Below, in pieces: positions 38,285-47,179 of a stretch of 64,000 nucleotides of DNA. Origin of the DNA: an uncultured Bacillales bacterium (GTDB taxonomy: Bacteria > Bacillota > Bacilli > Tepidibacillales > Tepidibacillaceae). The position numbers and the translations under genes are program-made. The stretch is taken from positions 21,307 to 85,306 of the forward strand of contig CAZMPM010000001.1 in NCBI GenBank assembly GCA_964568525.1, given 5' to 3'. The notes under the pieces were generated by a model. The model ran no database searches. It was not told the origin of the DNA and saw only the letters and a list, made by a program, of their open reading frames with translations. The stretch's first letter is position 1. The number at the start of each line of letters is the position of its first letter.

Positions 38285-39262
38285 TTATTCGATTATTTCA
38301 TCTGCACGGTCAATCAAAGATTGTGGAACAGTTGCACCCATTTTTTTAGCTGCCGCCAGATTAAGAGTTAGTGTCATTTCTTTCTGTGATTCAACAGGCA
38401 TCTCTGCTGGTTTAGCTTCGCCTTTTAGAATTTTCACAGCCATCTCTCCGGTTTGGAAACCGAGTTTATAATAGTCAATACCATAAGTAGCAATGGCACC
38501 ATTTCTTACTGTATCACTTTCGCTGGCAATTACTGGTAGTTTATTAGCTTCTGCAACAATTAAAATTGCATCGAGACTAGCTACTACAGTGTTATCAGTT
38601 GGAATATAGAAAGCATCAACTTTTGTAGCTAATGAATCTGCTGCTTGTTTCACCTCAGATGTATTGGTAATTCCCGCAAGTTCGAATTTAATTCCCAGTT
38701 CTTCTGCATAGGATTGTGCGATTCTCACTTGTACTTCAGAGTTATCTTCACCTGTGTTATAAATAATACCAACTACTTTAACAGAAGGGTCGATCTCTTT
38801 AATTAATGCAAGTTGCTCTTTAATTGGGTTCATATCAGTCGTGCCGGTAACATTTCTGCTTGGGCGCTCATATGTTTCAACTAAACCAGCCTTTTTAAGA
38901 TCGGTTACTGCTGTTACAACGATTGGAATCGTCTTAGTTTGTTGTGCGATAGATTGTGCAGATGACGTTGCAACTGCAAGTACTAAATCTTTTTTGTCAT
39001 TAACAAATTTTTGTGAAATCGTTGTTAAAGTGTCGCGGTTGTTCTGTGCATTCTGATAGTCTAATTTAATATTTTTGCCATCCTCAAAGCCATTCTCTTT
39101 CAAGGCATCAATAAAACCTAGTCGAGCAGCATCAAGCGCATCGTGCTCAATAATTTGAATGATACCTATTTGTTTAACTTCTTCCTTAGCAGAATCTCCA
39201 CAACCTACAAGCAGACCTGTAGTTAGTAGCAAAACTAAAGCAATAATTATACTCTTTTTCAT
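38285..39262 (-). CDS. ABC transporter substrate-binding lipoprotein (ABC_sub_bind / TrpX-like family)
   Basis: Lipobox LLVGCGD, then IGIIQIIEHDALD...NAQNN...VLAVATSS, the pattern of this family. Confidence 0.75.
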   Translation of the reverse strand: MKKSIIIALVLLLTTGLLVGCGDSAKEEVKQIGIIQIIEHDALDAARLGFIDALKENGFEDGKNIKLDYQNAQNNRDTLTTISQKFVNDKKDLVLAVATSSAQSIAQQTKTIPIVVTAVTDLKKAGLVETYERPSRNVTGTTDMNPIKEQLALIKEIDPSVKVVGIIYNTGEDNSEVQVRIAQSYAEELGIKFELAGITNTSEVKQAADSLATKVDAFYIPTDNTVVASLDAILIVAEANKLPVIASESDTVRNGAIATYGIDYYKLGFQTGEMAVKILKGEAKPAEMPVESQKEMTLTLNLAAAKKMGATVPQSLIDRADEIIE

Positions 39263-39503
39263 AATATCTCCTCCATCTCCCTACCTTTATCGCTTTAACG
39301 CAATAAAGTATTATTCGTATTATAACAACTGTGAAAAAGAATATCAATAGATATTTTAAATATATTACCTATTTTTTTGTGAAAATACAAATTTTTCATA
39401 TATACAAATTATTGCTGATTTATGGCATTGATGAATGATATCTCCTCTGTATTGTGATAAAATCAAGTGTAAGAGTATGCGTAGTTATAAAGGATGATAT
39501 TAG

Positions 39504-40136
39504 ATGAAACATGTTAAACAATTTAATAAAATAGAAATTCGCACCAATGACGAGTTGGTTATCGTTGAGGGTCCGGTTACTTCTGAACAACTGGCGGAGT
39601 ATTATATGGATATGGATTTAACTACGTTTAGACCTGCAAATCAGCAGTATGAGGCGCTTAAAGAGATTGTTGCAAGTCCTGAAGGGCGCTTGATTATCGC
39701 GCGAGTAGATAAGCGAATAATTGGCTACGTAACTTATCACTATCCGGATGAGCTTGAACGCTGGTCGGAAAGTAAGATGGATAATCTACTGGAATTGGGC
39801 GCAATAGAAGTTGTTGCCGACTACCGTAGTTCAGGGATTGCTCAGAACTTGTTAAAGGTTACAATGCTTGATGATGCGATGGAAGACTACATTATAATTG
39901 CGACTAATTATTACTGGCACTGGGATCTGTATGGCACAGGACTAACCGCGGCGGACTACCGTAAAATAATTAGAAAAGTAATGTTAGCTGGAAACCTTGA
40001 ATATATGCCAACAGATGATCCAGATATATGTACGCATTCTGCTAATTGCTTAACTGTACGAATTGGGAGTAGGGTAAGTGATGAGAGTATTCGCCGCTTT
40101 GATGCAATTCGTTTAAAAAATCAATATATGTATTAA
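39504..40136 (+). CDS. acuA: acetoin utilization protein AcuA (GNAT protein acetyltransferase)
   Basis: 210 aa, the same length as B. subtilis AcuA. It is followed by acuB and acuC in the canonical order. Confidence 0.85.
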   Translation: MKHVKQFNKIEIRTNDELVIVEGPVTSEQLAEYYMDMDLTTFRPANQQYEALKEIVASPEGRLIIARVDKRIIGYVTYHYPDELERWSESKMDNLLELGAIEVVADYRSSGIAQNLLKVTMLDDAMEDYIIIATNYYWHWDLYGTGLTAADYRKIIRKVMLAGNLEYMPTDDPDICTHSANCLTVRIGSRVSDESIRRFDAIRLKNQYMY

Positions 40137-40165
40137 TTTAATTTGGAAGGGGTGTCGATATCGAT

Positions 40166-40819
40166 ATGCTGGTTGAAGAAATTATGACGAAAAATGTTGT
40201 AACTTTGAAAAAGGAGGATACTATCAGGCGAGCTCATACTATTTTACAGGAAAATAAATTTCACCATATCCCAATCGTTGATGACAATAATGCAGTGATT
40301 GGCATTATTTCTGACCGAGATATTAGAGATGCGTTACCATCAATCTTTGAAGATGAGTGGAAAGAAGAGGTAATGAATCGGTCGGTAGCAGAGATTATGG
40401 AGGAAGATGTAAAGGTAGTTCACCCGTTTGAATTTGTTGAGGAGATTGCTGCAATTTTCTATGAAAAGGAGATCTCTTGCTTACCTGTAGTAAGTGAAGG
40501 TAACCTCGTGGGGATTGTTACTGACAAGGATATGCTAAATACTTTAATAAATTTAACTGGCGCACTAACACCTAGTTCACAAATTGAAGTGCGGGTCAGG
40601 AACATTCCTGGAACCCTGGCAGGTGTCGTGAATTTGATTGCTGATGAACACTTGCAAATTAATAATGTATTGGTTTACCCTGATCAATCGGATGATAATT
40701 TTAAAATTATTGTTTTAAGGGTACAAACGATGAACCCTTATGCAATAGTTACAAAATTAAAAAATAATGGGCATGAAGTATTGTGGCCCAATTTTCCAGG
40801 AATAAGTGGCAATGTGTGA
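40166..40819 (+). CDS. acuB: AcuB (tandem CBS domains plus ACT domain)
   Basis: Two CBS repeats (HHIPIVDDNN..IGIISDRDI and CLPVVSEGNLVGIVTDKDM) and a C-terminal ACT-like region. Confidence 0.85.
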   Translation: MLVEEIMTKNVVTLKKEDTIRRAHTILQENKFHHIPIVDDNNAVIGIISDRDIRDALPSIFEDEWKEEVMNRSVAEIMEEDVKVVHPFEFVEEIAAIFYEKEISCLPVVSEGNLVGIVTDKDMLNTLINLTGALTPSSQIEVRVRNIPGTLAGVVNLIADEHLQINNVLVYPDQSDDNFKIIVLRVQTMNPYAIVTKLKNNGHEVLWPNFPGISGNV

Positions 40820-41966
40820 AGGCGCATCATTTATTTACTCAGATAAATTTTTATCCTATAAATTTCGTGAAAATCATCCATTTAATCAGGTGCGTATCCA
40901 GATAACATTAGATTTATTGAAAAAAATGAACGCAATCGATGCTAAACAAATTATCGAGCCGAGAGCTGCGACAGATGCTGAGATTGCGCTAATTCATACG
41001 CCAGAGTACATTGATATTGTAAAACGGGCTGGGGCGGGAGAAATAGGCGCTGATGAGACAATGCCATATGGTATTGGCAGTGAAGACACGCCGATTTTTG
41101 AAAATATGCACGAGATTAGTGCGTTAGTCGTTGGCGGCACGTTGACAGCTGTTGAGAGTATAATGGAAGGCGGATTTTGCAGTTCCTTAAATATTGGTGG
41201 CGGTCTTCATCACGGCTTTTCCAATAAAGCTTCTGGATTCTGCATCTATAACGACTCCGCTATTGCAATTAAGTATTTAGTAAGCAAGTACAACTTGCGG
41301 GTCTTATATATTGATACCGATGGTCATCATGGCGATGGCGTTCAAGATGCTTTCTATGATAATAAGCAAGTATGTACGCTTTCAATTCATGAGACGGGGC
41401 GCTACCTGTTTCCGGGGACTGGTCATGTTAACGAACGTGGTAGGGGCGCAGGTTATGGTTATACTTTTAATGTACCGATCGATGCCTTTACTGAGGACGA
41501 GTCTTTTATAAGTGTGTATGAAAAGGCAGCAACTGAGGTAGCGGAGTATTTTCAACCTGACATTATTATCACACAGAATGGTGCTGATTCACACTTCTTG
41601 GATCCGCTTACACACTTAAACACCTCTATTGAAAGTTTTAAGGTAATTCCACGCATAGCACATAAACTTGCTAAGAAGTACTGTGATGGTAGGTGGATAG
41701 CTGTTGGCGGCGGAGGCTATGATATCTGGCGTGTTGTTCCGCGTGCTTGGTCGTTAGTCTGGCTAGAAATGAATGGTCTTTCTAATCTAGCTTGTGGTAA
41801 ACTTCCTGAAGAGTGGGTTAAAAAGTGGCAAGGCTATTCGCCGCTGATTTTGCCGGAGTTCTGGGAAGATAATAAAGAGCTTATTCCGAAGGTGCTAAGA
41901 AAAGCAGAAATCAACGAATTTAACAAAATCACACTTGATCGAGCGCTTTCAATCCTTTACTATTAG
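40812..41966 (+). CDS. acuC: AcuC, histone-deacetylase-family protein deacetylase
   Basis: HDAC motifs GGGLHHG, DTDGHHGDGVQ and GADSH. The start overlaps the acuB stop. Confidence 0.9.
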   Translation: MCEGASFIYSDKFLSYKFRENHPFNQVRIQITLDLLKKMNAIDAKQIIEPRAATDAEIALIHTPEYIDIVKRAGAGEIGADETMPYGIGSEDTPIFENMHEISALVVGGTLTAVESIMEGGFCSSLNIGGGLHHGFSNKASGFCIYNDSAIAIKYLVSKYNLRVLYIDTDGHHGDGVQDAFYDNKQVCTLSIHETGRYLFPGTGHVNERGRGAGYGYTFNVPIDAFTEDESFISVYEKAATEVAEYFQPDIIITQNGADSHFLDPLTHLNTSIESFKVIPRIAHKLAKKYCDGRWIAVGGGGYDIWRVVPRAWSLVWLEMNGLSNLACGKLPEEWVKKWQGYSPLILPEFWEDNKELIPKVLRKAEINEFNKITLDRALSILYY

Positions 41967-42009
41967 GCGTTAATGTGTTATTCTGCCACTGTAAATAAAT
42001 AATTTTTAT

Positions 42010-42047
42010 GACAGTTCGTAACCCTCCTGTCTTTAAACAAAACTAGG
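42010..42047 (+). promoter_or_regulatory. candidate preQ1-I riboswitch aptamer
   Basis: A 5-bp P1 stem GACAG/CUGUC enclosing the 12-nt loop UUCGUAACCCUC, then the A-rich tail UUUAAACAAAACUAGG. The size, the UUC start of the loop, the terminal loop C and the AAAACUAGG tail match my memory of the B. subtilis and Thermoanaerobacter preQ1-I aptamers. It lies directly upstream of que genes. Confidence 0.65.
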
Positions 42048-42082
42048 TAATAGACTACCTGATTTGTGGTGGTCTTTGTTTT

Positions 42083-42108
42083 GGGCGGAGAGTACCGCCC
42101 TTTTTTAT
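42083..42108 (+). terminator. intrinsic terminator forming the riboswitch expression platform
   Basis: GGGCGG-AGAGTA-CCGCCC followed by TTTTTTATTT, 13-22 nt before the first CDS of the operon. Confidence 0.75.
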
Positions 42109-42129
42109 TTAGAAAGCAAGGTGAGTGTA

Positions 42130-43128
42130 TTGAAGAAAATTGGTTTAACAACAACTGCACCAATTGAAGTGCTGATTGCTGCCGGTTATCAACCCGTTGA
42201 CATCAACAACTTGTTTATCGGCTCGGATCAATATCATGAATATATTGAATTTGCGGAACGGGTTGGTTTCCCGAAAAATTCTTGCGCCTGGATCAAAGGG
42301 ATTTATGGCGCTTGTATTGCTAATAATATCAAGGAGATTGTTGGCATAGTTGCAGGGGACTGTTCGAACACTAACGCTCTGCTAACGGTTTTAGACTATC
42401 ATGGTGTTAAAATTCACACTTTTGGCTATCCGTATTCGCATGAGCTTGCTGATGTGCAACTGGCGATTGATAGTTTTATTAAAAAATTTGAAACGACTAT
42501 TGAAGCAACAGAAGAGGTGCGTCAATCACTATTGCCGGTGCGTCGTTTAGCAAAAGAACTGGATCGGATGACATACGAGGATAACCTAATTAGTGGTGGG
42601 GAAAACCACCTGTTACAGCTCTGCATGAGCGACTTTGACGGTGACGTAGCTAAGTATGAGCAATCGCTGTTAGAGTTAAAAAGCGTGGCTGAGAAACGTA
42701 CGCCTTTTACGGAAAAACTTCGTTTGGGATTTATCGGAGTTCCGCCAATGATGGTGGATCTTTACGACTACGTTGAACAGTTTTCGGCGCGATTCGTTTT
42801 TAATGAGGTGCAACGCGAATTTGCTTTTCCACGCATCGAGCGAGCTAAGACAATTTACGAACAATACTATGATTATACTTATCCGTACAGCCTAAATTTT
42901 CGCTTACAGGAAATTAGCAAACAGATTGAACTTCGCAAACTTGATGGTATCATCCATTACACACAGGCTTCCTGTTATCGAGCAATTGACGATATTATTA
43001 TTAAAGAAAAACTAAACATTCCTATTCTAACGATTGAAGGGGATAAGCTAAACCGTCTAGATGCACGGACTAAGCTTAGGATTGAAGCCTTTCTTGATAT
43101 GTTGTTTGATTTGAAGGGGGCGAATTAA
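42130..43128 (+). CDS. 2-hydroxyacyl-CoA dehydratase / benzoyl-CoA reductase family (HgdB-like, HGD-D) Fe-S protein
   Basis: TTG start 5 nt after an AAGGTGAG RBS (alternative GTG at 42121). N-terminal KKIGLTTTAPIEVLIAAGYQPV, with conserved-looking Cys in NSCAWIKG, GDCSNT and QASCYRA. The track ORF N-terminus runs through the terminator and is an artefact. Confidence 0.75.
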   Translation: MKKIGLTTTAPIEVLIAAGYQPVDINNLFIGSDQYHEYIEFAERVGFPKNSCAWIKGIYGACIANNIKEIVGIVAGDCSNTNALLTVLDYHGVKIHTFGYPYSHELADVQLAIDSFIKKFETTIEATEEVRQSLLPVRRLAKELDRMTYEDNLISGGENHLLQLCMSDFDGDVAKYEQSLLELKSVAEKRTPFTEKLRLGFIGVPPMMVDLYDYVEQFSARFVFNEVQREFAFPRIERAKTIYEQYYDYTYPYSLNFRLQEISKQIELRKLDGIIHYTQASCYRAIDDIIIKEKLNIPILTIEGDKLNRLDARTKLRIEAFLDMLFDLKGAN

Positions 43129-43902
43129 ATGCGTATTCTAGGTATTGACCTTGGTAGCAGAGAGGTTAAGCTGGTCCTATTGGTAAATGGCGAAATTACG
43201 AGAAAGTATAAGATTAGTACGATGAAATTTTATCGTGATTACTGTAAACAAGGTAACTGCTTAGCCGTTGACCTTGATAAACTTGATATTGGAAATATTG
43301 ATGCTGCAGTCTCAACGGGTTATGGTCGAAACAATTATGAGTTGGCGGAATTTAAACCAATTAACGAGTTAAAAGCACATGTCTATGGCGTCTTTTACCA
43401 GCTAAAACTTAAGAATTTTATTTTATTGGATATTGGTGGACAGGACGTCAAAGTTGTAAAAGTTGAAAAAGGGATTATTACTGATATGGAGTTAAATGAT
43501 AAATGCGCCGCATCTTCTGGTCGCTATATCGAGAATATGGCTTCGTTGCTGGAGATTCCAATCGAGGAACTAACTAGTCGGTGGGAGAATCCGCTTTTAT
43601 TAAATTCAACTTGTTCAGTATTTTCCGAATCTGAACTTATTGGCAAAATTTCCGAAGGTGTACCAATTGAACGCCTAGCCGCTAGCGTAAACTATTCACT
43701 CTATTGCCGTTTAGAACCGCTACTCAGCAAACTTCCAGGACAGCGGATAGTGGTTACCGGTGGAGTTGCACTAAACCAAGCAATTATTCATTACCTACAG
43801 GCTGACTATGATGAGGTTTTGACAGTTTCGGACCCACAATACAATGGGGCGATCGGCTGTTGCTATTATGGAAAGAAATTTCTCGATAAGGGTGTGATTT
43901 AA
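43129..43902 (+). CDS. BcrAD/BadFG/HgdC-type ATPase (activase for dehydratase/reductase family enzymes)
   Basis: ASKHA-fold motifs ILGIDLGSREVK, STGYGR, DIGGQDVKVV and VTGGVALN, plus the two cluster-bridging Cys motifs NDKCAASSGRYIE and STCSVFSESE. Confidence 0.85.
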   Translation: MRILGIDLGSREVKLVLLVNGEITRKYKISTMKFYRDYCKQGNCLAVDLDKLDIGNIDAAVSTGYGRNNYELAEFKPINELKAHVYGVFYQLKLKNFILLDIGGQDVKVVKVEKGIITDMELNDKCAASSGRYIENMASLLEIPIEELTSRWENPLLLNSTCSVFSESELIGKISEGVPIERLAASVNYSLYCRLEPLLSKLPGQRIVVTGGVALNQAIIHYLQADYDEVLTVSDPQYNGAIGCCYYGKKFLDKGVI

Positions 43903-44322
43903 GTGTATTCATTAAAGATTGAACATAGTTTTGATGGTGCTCATTTCCTAGCTGGTTATCAAGGTAAATGTAGCAATATCCATGGACATCGTTGGCGTGT
44001 TGAGGTAGAGGTCCAGGCTGATAAGTTGATTGAGTCGGGGGAATATGCGGGGATGGTAGTGGATTTTTCAATCTTGAAAGACACACTTCGCAAACTAATT
44101 GAACCGTACGATCATGTTTTGATTATTGAAGCGGGTATGATGCGCGAGGCAACGTTAAACCATTTAATTGCCGATCAATTTGCAATAGCACTAGTTAATT
44201 TTCGACCAACCGCAGAAAATTTTGCGGCACACATTTACCGTGAGTTGAAGCGTGCTGATTTAGCGGTTAAACGAGTAACGATTTATGAGACGCCTACAAA
44301 TAGTGCAATATATGAAGAATAG
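43903..44322 (+). CDS. queD: 6-carboxy-5,6,7,8-tetrahydropterin synthase
   Basis: HSFDGAHFL and CSNIHGHRW (Cys-His-His Zn/catalytic motif). 139 aa. GTG start abuts the upstream stop. Confidence 0.9.
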   Translation: MYSLKIEHSFDGAHFLAGYQGKCSNIHGHRWRVEVEVQADKLIESGEYAGMVVDFSILKDTLRKLIEPYDHVLIIEAGMMREATLNHLIADQFAIALVNFRPTAENFAAHIYRELKRADLAVKRVTIYETPTNSAIYEE

Positions 44323-44335
44323 GTTGTGATTACCA

Positions 44336-45004
44336 ATGTCATATAAAGTCGTTGAAAAGTTTACTAGCATCAATGGCGAGGGACTTAGGGCGGGTGAGCC
44401 GGCTGTTTTTATTCGTTTTGCAGGTTGTAACTTAAATTGTAACTATTGCGATACGAGTTGGGCAAATCAACCGGAAGTTGTTTTCGAACCAATGACTGCA
44501 GAGGGAATCTATAATTACATTATTAATACGGGTCTTAAGAATGTTACATTGACCGGAGGCGAACCACTGCTACAAGAGAATATTACTGATCTGTTATTGT
44601 TATTAGGGAGAAATCCAAATTTGCGGATTGAAATTGAAACAAATGGCAGCATTGATTTAGCTCCGTATTATCGACTTAACATCAAGAACCTAGTTTTTAC
44701 AATGGATTATAAATTGCCGCTCAGCAGGATGGAGCAACAAATGTTAATCAGTAATTTAGATTATTTAAGCGAATTAGATGTTCTAAAGTTTGTTGTTCAG
44801 AATGTGACGGAACTGAAGCACATAGATGAGTTTATTACAAAGTATGATTTGATTGAGAAGACGAATCTGTTGATCAGCCCAGTATATGGTGCAATTAACC
44901 CAGATACAATTGTCCAATATATGTTAGAGCATGGGCAGAACGATCTGAGAATACAATTGCAGTTACACAAAATCATCTGGGGTCAAGAAAGTAGGGGGGT
45001 ATAA
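44336..45004 (+). CDS. queE: 7-carboxy-7-deazaguanine synthase (radical SAM)
   Basis: [29 protein letters not shown] (a CX3CX2C cluster) and LTGGEPLL. Confidence 0.9.
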   Translation: MSYKVVEKFTSINGEGLRAGEPAVFIRFAGCNLNCNYCDTSWANQPEVVFEPMTAEGIYNYIINTGLKNVTLTGGEPLLQENITDLLLLLGRNPNLRIEIETNGSIDLAPYYRLNIKNLVFTMDYKLPLSRMEQQMLISNLDYLSELDVLKFVVQNVTELKHIDEFITKYDLIEKTNLLISPVYGAINPDTIVQYMLEHGQNDLRIQLQLHKIIWGQESRGV

Positions 45005-45006
45005 AG

Positions 45007-45597
45007 ATGGCGGTTGATAAAAAGGCAATCGAGGAACATGTTAGGGGGATTTTAATCGCAATGGGTGAAGATCCCAATCGTGAGGGCTTAAAAGAAACAC
45101 CAATGCGTGTGGCAGCAATGTACGAAGAGCGTTTTGAAGGTGTTGGTTATAGCAATCAGGAGATTGCCGAGATGTTTAATGTCACTTTTGAAGATGACTT
45201 AATCGTAGGACACGAAAAAGATATTGTGATTCTTAAAGATATTGAGTTTTTCAGTCACTGTGAGCATCATATTGCTTTGATGTACAATATGAAGGCAACC
45301 GTTGCCTATATTCCGAAAACAAAGGTGATTGGTCTCAGCAAAATTGTTCGCGTAGTTGACATGGTTGGTCGCCGTCTCCAGTTGCAAGAACGAATTGGCT
45401 CCGATATTGCTGAAATAATGCAATTAATAACAGGATCAGAGAATGTTGCGGTTATTATTGAGGGCGAACATGCTTGTATAACGACTAGAGGCATACAAAA
45501 ACCAAATACAAAAACAATTACATCAACTCTTCGCGGTGAATTTGTTACAAATTCTGCTTTAAATAATGAACTAATGATGCTCTGTAATCGAGGATAG
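45007..45597 (+). CDS. folE: GTP cyclohydrolase I
   Basis: [25 protein letters not shown] and [11 protein letters not shown] motifs. Confidence 0.92.
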   Translation: MAVDKKAIEEHVRGILIAMGEDPNREGLKETPMRVAAMYEERFEGVGYSNQEIAEMFNVTFEDDLIVGHEKDIVILKDIEFFSHCEHHIALMYNMKATVAYIPKTKVIGLSKIVRVVDMVGRRLQLQERIGSDIAEIMQLITGSENVAVIIEGEHACITTRGIQKPNTKTITSTLRGEFVTNSALNNELMMLCNRG

Positions 45598-46281
45598 GTG
45601 AGAAAAATGCAGTCAAGTGCGATTGTAGTCTTAAGTGGTGGTCAGGACAGTACTACCTGTCTATTCTGGGCAATGGAGAGTTATAATCAAGTAATTGCGC
45701 TCTCGTTTGATTATGGACAGAAACATCGCATGGAACTGACCCAAGCTCACAAAATCTGCGAGTCAGCAGGAGTTGAACATCATATCCTTTCGCTACCGCT
45801 GCTAAACGAGCTTAGCGCAAACTCACTAACGCGAGCGGAGATTGCTGTTGACACAAGCGAAACTGGCGGTGAGAGGGAGATTAGCGCGAACTTGCCGAGC
45901 TCTTTTGTGGAGGGGCGAAATCTACTGTTTATCAACTACGCGGCGATTTTTGCGAAGGGGCGGTCGGTTAAGGATATCGTGGTTGGGGTTTCGGAGGCGG
46001 ACTATAGTGGTTATCCCGATTGTCGTGCTGATTTCATCAGTTCATTACAAAAGACACTGCGGCTGGCGATGGAGTATGATTTTGTTATTGAGACGCCTCT
46101 GATGATGTTGACCAAAGCAGAGGTTTGGCAATTGGCTGAGCAGTTAGATATTGTGGAGTTAATTATGCATGAAACCGTGACTTGCTATCAGGGCATTGCT
46201 GGCAGTGGCTGCGGTGAGTGCATTGCTTGTAAGCTTAGAAAAAAAGGTTATGATGAATATCTTAGGTTAAAGCGGGGGTAG
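45598..46281 (+). CDS. queC: 7-cyano-7-deazaguanine (preQ0) synthase
   Basis: PP-loop VVLSGGQDSTTC and a C-terminal Zn Cys cluster CYQG...GCGECIACKLR. Alternative ATG at 45607. Confidence 0.92.
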   Translation: MRKMQSSAIVVLSGGQDSTTCLFWAMESYNQVIALSFDYGQKHRMELTQAHKICESAGVEHHILSLPLLNELSANSLTRAEIAVDTSETGGEREISANLPSSFVEGRNLLFINYAAIFAKGRSVKDIVVGVSEADYSGYPDCRADFISSLQKTLRLAMEYDFVIETPLMMLTKAEVWQLAEQLDIVELIMHETVTCYQGIAGSGCGECIACKLRKKGYDEYLRLKRG

Positions 46282-46408
46282 TTTGGGCATGAAACTGTTG
46301 CAAACGAAACTTTTTCGTGACTTCTGTGTCTAATATATTAAGAAAATAAAGGCGATTTTTATAGATTAATTTCTATATTAATTTCTAATTTTGGTGGTGA
46401 CGCAAGCG

Positions 46409-47047
46409 ATGAAAAAGAAATTAATAATTTTAGTTGCGATATTTTTGGTATTGAGTTTTACGACAGTCTATGGAACGACAGCTATATATGGCTATTTCAA
46501 GGGTAACGAAATTGTGAAACTTAAGATTAATGGTAACGAGGTTGTGTCTTCAGTACCTGCAGTAATGTTGGAAGGCACTACAATGGTGCCATTACGTGCA
46601 GTTGGTGAGAACCTTGATGTAATAATAGGCTGGAATGGTCCGGAACGTACCGTTGAACTTATTAAGCCAAATGCAAATATGCTGTTTACAGCTAATCCGG
46701 TTTATGACAGTGTGAATAAATCTTATTTAGTCTATTCGCCATTTGGCAAAATTAATAAAACACAGCGTTATAATTTTAGTTTCCATGTGTTCTGCGAGAT
46801 CGATAGTCTTCCTTATGAGGAGATTCAAATTATGGTTAGGTTGGTCGATCCTTCTGGCGCTATAGTTAGTGAGAGTACGAAACAGAGCTATGATGCATCG
46901 CGTGAGAATAGTTTGCAGTATATCAGTCAATTTGAAAATATAAATTTCACAACTTCTGGAAACTACAAAGTTGAGGCATTAATCAGTGGACCATCAACTA
47001 CCAACAAATTCGTCAAAATTGGCGAGAAACTAATATCAGTTAAATAA
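46409..47047 (+). CDS. secreted protein with copper-amine-oxidase-N-terminal-like (stalk) domain
   Basis: Signal peptide, then EGTTMVPLRAVGENLDVIIGWNGPERTVEL, typical of Cu_amine_oxidN1 repeats. The C-terminal half is unassigned. Confidence 0.65.
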   Translation: MKKKLIILVAIFLVLSFTTVYGTTAIYGYFKGNEIVKLKINGNEVVSSVPAVMLEGTTMVPLRAVGENLDVIIGWNGPERTVELIKPNANMLFTANPVYDSVNKSYLVYSPFGKINKTQRYNFSFHVFCEIDSLPYEEIQIMVRLVDPSGAIVSESTKQSYDASRENSLQYISQFENINFTTSGNYKVEALISGPSTTNKFVKIGEKLISVK

Positions 47048-47179
47048 GTTGGAGATTAATTCGTTCATTAAGTGATATAATACAGAAGTATAATAAATTT
47101 AATTAAAAGTCGTCCTTGATTGGCTCGGCTTTTTTTATTAGGATTAATTTGAACAAATAAAATGACGGGAGATTTTATA

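Noticed and set aside
39263-39503. A possible T-box (as on streptococcal trpXYZ-type ABC operons) or a CcpA cre site in the ABC/acuA divergent region.
   Set aside because: The region is extremely AT-rich with no T-box consensus or terminator/antiterminator pair. The TGTGAAAA-type words lack the central CG of cre.
42064-42129. The track ORF start of the HgdB-like gene at 42064.
   Set aside because: The first roughly 20 codons read through the riboswitch expression platform and the GGGCGG/CCGCCC terminator. The family-typical N-terminus (KKIGLTTTAPIE) begins at the TTG at 42130, which has an RBS.
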